Program-made: the position numbers and the translations under genes | Source: Octopus sinensis | Taxonomy: Eukaryota | Reading direction: 5' to 3' | Assembly (NCBI RefSeq): GCF_006345805.1 | Contig: NW_021823600.1 | Span: forward strand, 1-21,891 | DNA: 21,891 nucleotides | Part shown: in pieces, positions 17,726 through 21,891 of the stretch | How the letters are laid out: each line of letters begins with the position of its first letter | Numbering within the stretch: the stretch's first letter is position 1 | Notes under the pieces: model-generated | Database searches by the model: none | What the model was told of the DNA's origin: nothing | What the model saw: only the letters and a program-made list of their open reading frames with translations

Positions 17726-18299
17726 ACACACACACACACATACAAATTGGTGTATATGTATATATCTGCATAGATGAGCATGTGTGTGGCTATGTGTGTC
17801 TGTGTGATTTAGTGCGTCTAAGCGGACATATTTTAATCATTAAGAATATTCAACCACTCAACCGGTATTCGGGTCTATGATTTTGTATCTAACAAATGAC
17901 TTATTTGGACATTTCATTTACTATTCACCTAATCAGCCGATGTATAACAGAAGCTAATCAATCGTTAAAAATTCCCCAACATATATATTTAATACATAAC
18001 AGGCGTAGGACGCTATGACTGAGTGGCGAATGAATCACTGAAGTGGTCACTGTAGCCATCGGTAAAATATAATGAACCACTGAAAAAGGCGGTGGGGAAA
18101 TATCTCGAGTGAGTGAAGGAGAGAGAAAGAGAGAGGAAAGGGGAGAAAGGAAGAAAGGGAGGAAGGGAGAGAGATTCTGGGAGAGAATAAGTTGGGAACG
18201 TTTAAATACGTACCAGGAGCAATAACAGGAAACATATTCACATGAAACTCGGCAACATATACATATACATACAATATACAAAATATATATATATATAGA

Positions 18300-18827
18300 T
18301 AAAAAGTTTGTTTGTAAAGCACGTGGGTGAATATATAAGAAAATAGTAAAGTGTGAAAAAAACGACAGAAGGCTTAAATGTTAAAAATATATATATTTGT
18401 GTCAAATGTCTGGAGAATATTGGAAAAATTTTTTTCCCTTTCCTTAAAATGACATAATTTAAAAAATTTTAAAGAAATACCGGTTTCGCGTGTAGCTTTT
18501 CAAATTTCTGTGACGTTATGTTTATATTGCATGGAATTATCTTGTTTTTATTTCAGGAGATTTCTAAATAAGGGGAGGTAGTGAGTGATTTTTTCCGGTG
18601 TAGGGGAGATAATCGCTTAAATTTTTTTTTCCCTTTCCTTGTTAATTTCTCTGTGTCAGTATGTTCGGATGGTTGAGTCTGGGTTTGTACTTTTCAATGA
18701 AGAATGTTTCCTTGTTCAGTCTCATTTGTGTTGATGATCGAAAGCACATTGGTAAAATGGGAAGATTAAAAATTGTGGCAGTAGTTGCTTTGCGCATTCT
18801 CAAGGTGCTCACTAAAAGGTATCATTC
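18300..18827 (-). mobile_element. Penelope-like element 2: extreme GIY-YIG C-terminus (about 18675-18827) plus 3' pseudo-LTR
   Basis: The minus strand with frameshifts reads IPFSEHL / ECAKQLLPQFLIFPFYQC / SSTQMRLNKETFFIEKYKPRLN. The ending R...E..FI..YKP.LN is typical of Penelope GIY-YIG domains. A degenerate HHR lies downstream at 18473-18509. The 3' boundary is approximate. Confidence 0.65.
18473..18509 (-). ncRNA. Degenerate minimal hammerhead-like motif
   Basis: Minus strand reads AGAAAT - TTGAAAA - GC TACAC GC - GAAAC - CG - GT - ATTTCT. Stem I and the palindromic ACCGGT stem III are present; the core differs from CTGANGA at two positions. Confidence 0.45.
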
Positions 18828-18828
18828 T

Positions 18829-18833
18829 ATATA

Positions 18834-18875
<42 letters not shown>

Positions 18876-19167
18876 ATTTGTATATATATATATATCTGTG
18901 AGTGCGTGAATGTGTCTGGCTGTCTGCTTCTCATTTTTTCTTTTATATATATAGTGTGTGTGTGTGTGTATGCATGTGTGTGTTTTATGTATAGGTGTGT
19001 ATACAGTATACATACATCAAATATAAATACACACTCACAAATATATATATATATATATATGACGTATGCATGACTATATATATATATGTAGAAGTTATAC
19101 TATAATATATATATATATATCTCATAATATAAATACACACACACACCTACCCAGACATATATGCTCC

Positions 19168-19206
<39 letters not shown>

Positions 19207-19233
19207 GAATCTGTACTTGCACATAATTATAGC

Positions 19234-19268
<35 letters not shown>

Positions 19269-19360
19269 TGTATAATTGTATATATATATATAATATATAT
19301 ATATATCTAATATATATATATGCTATAATTATGTACAAGTACATAGATTCGTAGACATAC
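18829..19360. repeat. Compound (AT)n/(GT)n/(AC)n microsatellite block
   Basis: Directly visible. Confidence 0.9.
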
Positions 19361-20301
19361 ACAAACACTTAAACTGAGTGGAAGTACTTAAAACTAAGTT
19401 GACTATCAAAGTCGTATGCATGAACATACACAGCCATACATATATATATATGCACCCGAACACACAAATACACGCCAGCAGTATGCTTACATATACACAT
19501 ATACTAAAACGTTATAAGCCATTTAATAGTACTCAAACCCTTCACCCACACCTCACCGTCCTTTCCTCCCTCACGTTCTTTCACAAATACACACACACAT
19601 ACACATGCTATCATACTCAAGAATATAGAGATTTGTATACGGATACACGAACAAACACATTCATAATACGCATACATACGATACAGTATGAACATACATG
19701 GATATATATATTCACGATATTCATACAAGCAAATAATATAAGTATACTTACGAACGCAGACAACTTGATGCGCCATTTATCCAAGTTGGCAGACAGAAAT
19801 CTTAGAATGCTGTCTTCCAGCAACCATTTTCTTCTTTTTGTATGATTATATATATACATATGCGTATATGTTTTTATTATTTTATTATTATTATTATAAT
19901 CAAAGAACAAAGAATATGGAACAAAGACATACCAATAAAAAAGAATTTTCAATGAATATAATTGAATAATTTTTCGATATTCAAAATATGGTATACGATT
20001 GTCGTCTGCATTGAATGGTGAGGAGACAGGGATCTGAATCACTGGTGGCTTTATAATACGATGTGTATGATTAAGATCAACTGTTGTATAATAGTTTAAA
20101 GAGAGAAGAGTTGGGTAGTAAGACAAAATACCATAAACATACACACACATACACACATACACATACACACACAAACACAAACACACAGATCACAGCATTT
20201 ATTTTTGCACCGCACACCAGCTTTAAGTTGTTGAGTTTATATTCATATATCATTATATAAGTTTATTCATTATAATTAATATAGAGTTGAATGTTTTTCA
20301 G

Positions 20302-20416
20302 CAACGACCGCGTGTGGGAGCTTCAAAAATTAAGGATGAACACAAATATATTCTACAGTTTCAATGTGCGTTTCACCATTATGATAGTTTGGAGTCCTGT
20401 GATAGATGTTCAAAAT
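20302..20416 (+). CDS. Weak candidate internal exon
   Basis: TGTTTTTCAG acceptor ending at 20301 and AAT|GTAAAT donor. Two frames are open (QRPRVGASKIKDEHKYILQFQCAFHHYDSLESCDRCSK or NDRVWELQKLRMNTNIFYSFNVRFTIMIVWSPVIDVQN). Confidence 0.2.
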
Positions 20417-20584
20417 GTAAATAAATGCTCAACCACAATGGATTCTCGGGGAACACTTTATTGTATAAATTAACAGAATACTACAAAAAGCAGACAGGAT
20501 TATGAAAATCTACGTGGAGCTGTGAACATAACAACAGCAGTTCTACATTTACTTGTTCACACGATTTCTTCCGTTATATATATA

Positions 20585-20790
20585 TATCGCGTGTGTATCG
20601 TTGGCGATTTTTCCCCCGTCTTCCCTTCCTTGGATCTTTCCTTTTTCTATGTTTCCGACGAAGAGCTCCGCTCGAAACGTTAAATTCTCCTTCTTTCTTT
20701 CTTTTCCTGAGCGTCCAATAACACTATACTTGTTCCACGTCCTCGCGTTGTTGTGTTTTCTCTTTGTGTTTTCATGTTTGGATTAACTAT
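20585..20790 (+). mobile_element. Repeat G: Penelope-type pseudo-LTR-like element containing a hammerhead motif
   Basis: Pyrimidine-rich element between (AT)n runs that carries the HHR at 20651-20685. It resembles a recalled octopus repeat. Confidence 0.65.
20651..20685 (+). ncRNA. Minimal type I hammerhead ribozyme with a U4-to-C core mutation
   Basis: GTTT - CCGACGA - A - GAGC TCC GCTC - GAAAC - GTT - AAAT. Same architecture as 10163-10208 (extra A, AACGTT stem III) but with unrelated stems. Confidence 0.7.
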
Positions 20791-20820
20791 GTATATATAC
20801 ACACGTGTGTGTGTGTGTGT

Positions 20821-20890
20821 CTTTTAATTGTTTCAGTTATTGGACTGCAACCATGATGGGGTACTGCCATGAAGGGTTTAGTTGAACAAC
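20821..20890 (-). mobile_element. 3' tail fragment of a family A-related SINE
   Basis: TTGTTTCAGTTATTGGACTGCAACCATGATGGGGTACTGCC aligns with the A tail. Confidence 0.7.
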
Positions 20891-20902
20891 TCTGTTTGGT
20901 AG

Positions 20903-21202
20903 AATTCCGCCGAGGTCGACTTTGCCTTTCATCCTTTCGGAGTCGATAAATTAAGTACCAGTTGCGCACTGGGGTCGATGTAATCGACTTAATCCCCTGT
21001 CTGTCCTTGTTTGTCCCCTCTGTGTTTAGCCCCTTGTGAGTAGTAAAGAAATAGGCATTTCGTCCGTCTTTACGTTCTGATTTCAAATTCCGCCGTGGTC
21101 GACTTTTATCTCTTTGAAGTTGATAACAATAAAATACCACTTGAGCACTGGGGTCGATGTAATCGATTAGCCCCCTTGTGCCTTTAATAGAAAAGATCAT
21201 TA
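20903..21202 (+). mobile_element. Family B SINE head-to-tail dimer (first unit 5'-truncated, second unit with a variant tail)
   Basis: Junction AAAGAAATAGGCATTTCGTCC at 21045-21065. The second unit ends CCTTGTGCCTTTAATAGAAAAGATCATTA. Confidence 0.9.
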
Positions 21203-21424
21203 GTTTTAATTGTTGAAAGTTACGAAGCAGCACAAGGTCTGAGAGTTTCGTACATAAACGCACTCATCAAACGATAGTCTCGAACTTTGAGTCACTTGGT
21301 TATGTCTGCCGATTAAAAATAACAATAATGAAATTTTCAAATTTTCAAACAAGATCAGCAAATTTAGAGTGTATGGTAAATTGATTATATCCACTCCCAT
21401 GTTTAACTAGGTAAGAATTAGTTG

Positions 21425-21481
21425 TTTTATCGACGCCGCCCCTCCACCTGGTGAATGGATGAAAGGCAAAGTCAACCGCGT
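21425..21481 (-). mobile_element. Family B core fragment, degraded
   Basis: TTTTATCGAC ... GGATGAAAGGCAAAGTCAACC matches the B core with an inserted segment. Confidence 0.6.
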
Positions 21482-21589
21482 CGTTGGTCTCAGTTTTTAA
21501 AGAACGGGAACGGGAAGAGATGTCGATAATCATTTCGTTCGAGAGAATGATTAATAGATGGTGAGATTAAGAGTAACATGTGGAGAGGC

Positions 21590-21750
21590 AGAAAGACGGA
21601 AAGAAAGAGGGTGTGTAAGACGAAAAGAAGGAAAAGGAAATCGAGTATGTCACCCGCTTCGGAGAGAAAGAAAAGAAATGAAAGAAACGAAAGAAATAGC
21701 ACCGTCGGAGAAAGTGTGTATGAAAACAAAGGAGTAAAGGAGAAAAGTGA
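21590..21750. repeat. GA-rich low-complexity tract
   Basis: Directly visible. Confidence 0.75.
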
Positions 21751-21763
21751 GACGTTCTTAAAG

Positions 21764-21891
21764 TGGCATTCCATCGGTTACGATAACGAGGGTTCCTGTT
21801 GATCCGATCGACAAAGCAGCCTGCTCGTGAAAATAACATGCAGGTGATTCTTTTCTACTCTAGGCACAAGGCCAGAAGTTTTAGATCGACC
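21764..21891 (-). mobile_element. Family B variant tail (21847-21891) joined to a family D 3' tail (21764-21846)
   Basis: The reverse complement of 21764-21846 aligns with 11310-11393 (TTTCACGAG(C/T)AGGCTG ... GATCGGATCAAC ... CGTAACCGA). The segment 21847-21873 resembles the B variant tail at 21175-21200. Confidence 0.8.

Noticed and set aside
8041-21202. Recurring near-identical segments that might suggest a CRISPR array or prokaryotic system
   Set aside because: The repeats are dispersed SINE copies in both orientations, not regularly spaced direct repeats with unique spacers. There are no cas-like or operon-like ORFs, and the DNA is clearly eukaryotic.
21241-21291. Hammerhead-like TTGATGA - GTGC..GTAC - GAAAC on the minus strand
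   Set aside because: Stem II is plausible, but no convincing stem I or GUH in type I geometry and only 3-bp stems in type III geometry. Could be a very old relic but is not supportable.

Overview
This is eukaryotic, almost entirely non-coding DNA. It is most likely intronic or intergenic sequence from a coleoid cephalopod (Octopus-like). That assignment is an inference from the very high microsatellite load and from recalled, not database-checked, similarity of the SINE families to octopus repeats. Nearly all entries in the ORF track are artefacts of (AT)n, (ATAC)n, (GAT/GGT)n and (AAT)n tracts. Supported content: about 15 copies or fragments of four tRNA-derived SINE families (called A-D here), two different RTE-clade LINE 3' ends, a probable CR1-type 3' end, and an ~560-bp element sitting in an (AAT)n tract. 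There are also two decayed Penelope-like (GIY-YIG) retroelements. The most notable signal is five hammerhead-ribozyme (HHR) motifs from four unrelated repeat families between 10.1 and 20.7 kb. One has an intact catalytic core and lies in a retrozyme-like direct-repeat unit. Two lie in the inverted and direct pseudo-LTRs of a Penelope-like element and have an unusually long stem II. Other observations: an 85-nt near-perfect hairpin, SINE dimers joined at a recurrent GGTATTT junction, a 37-bp exact templated-looking insertion, and several unassigned exon candidates (best at 201-235 and from 468). No host gene could be named. There is no CRISPR array, rRNA or genuine tRNA gene.
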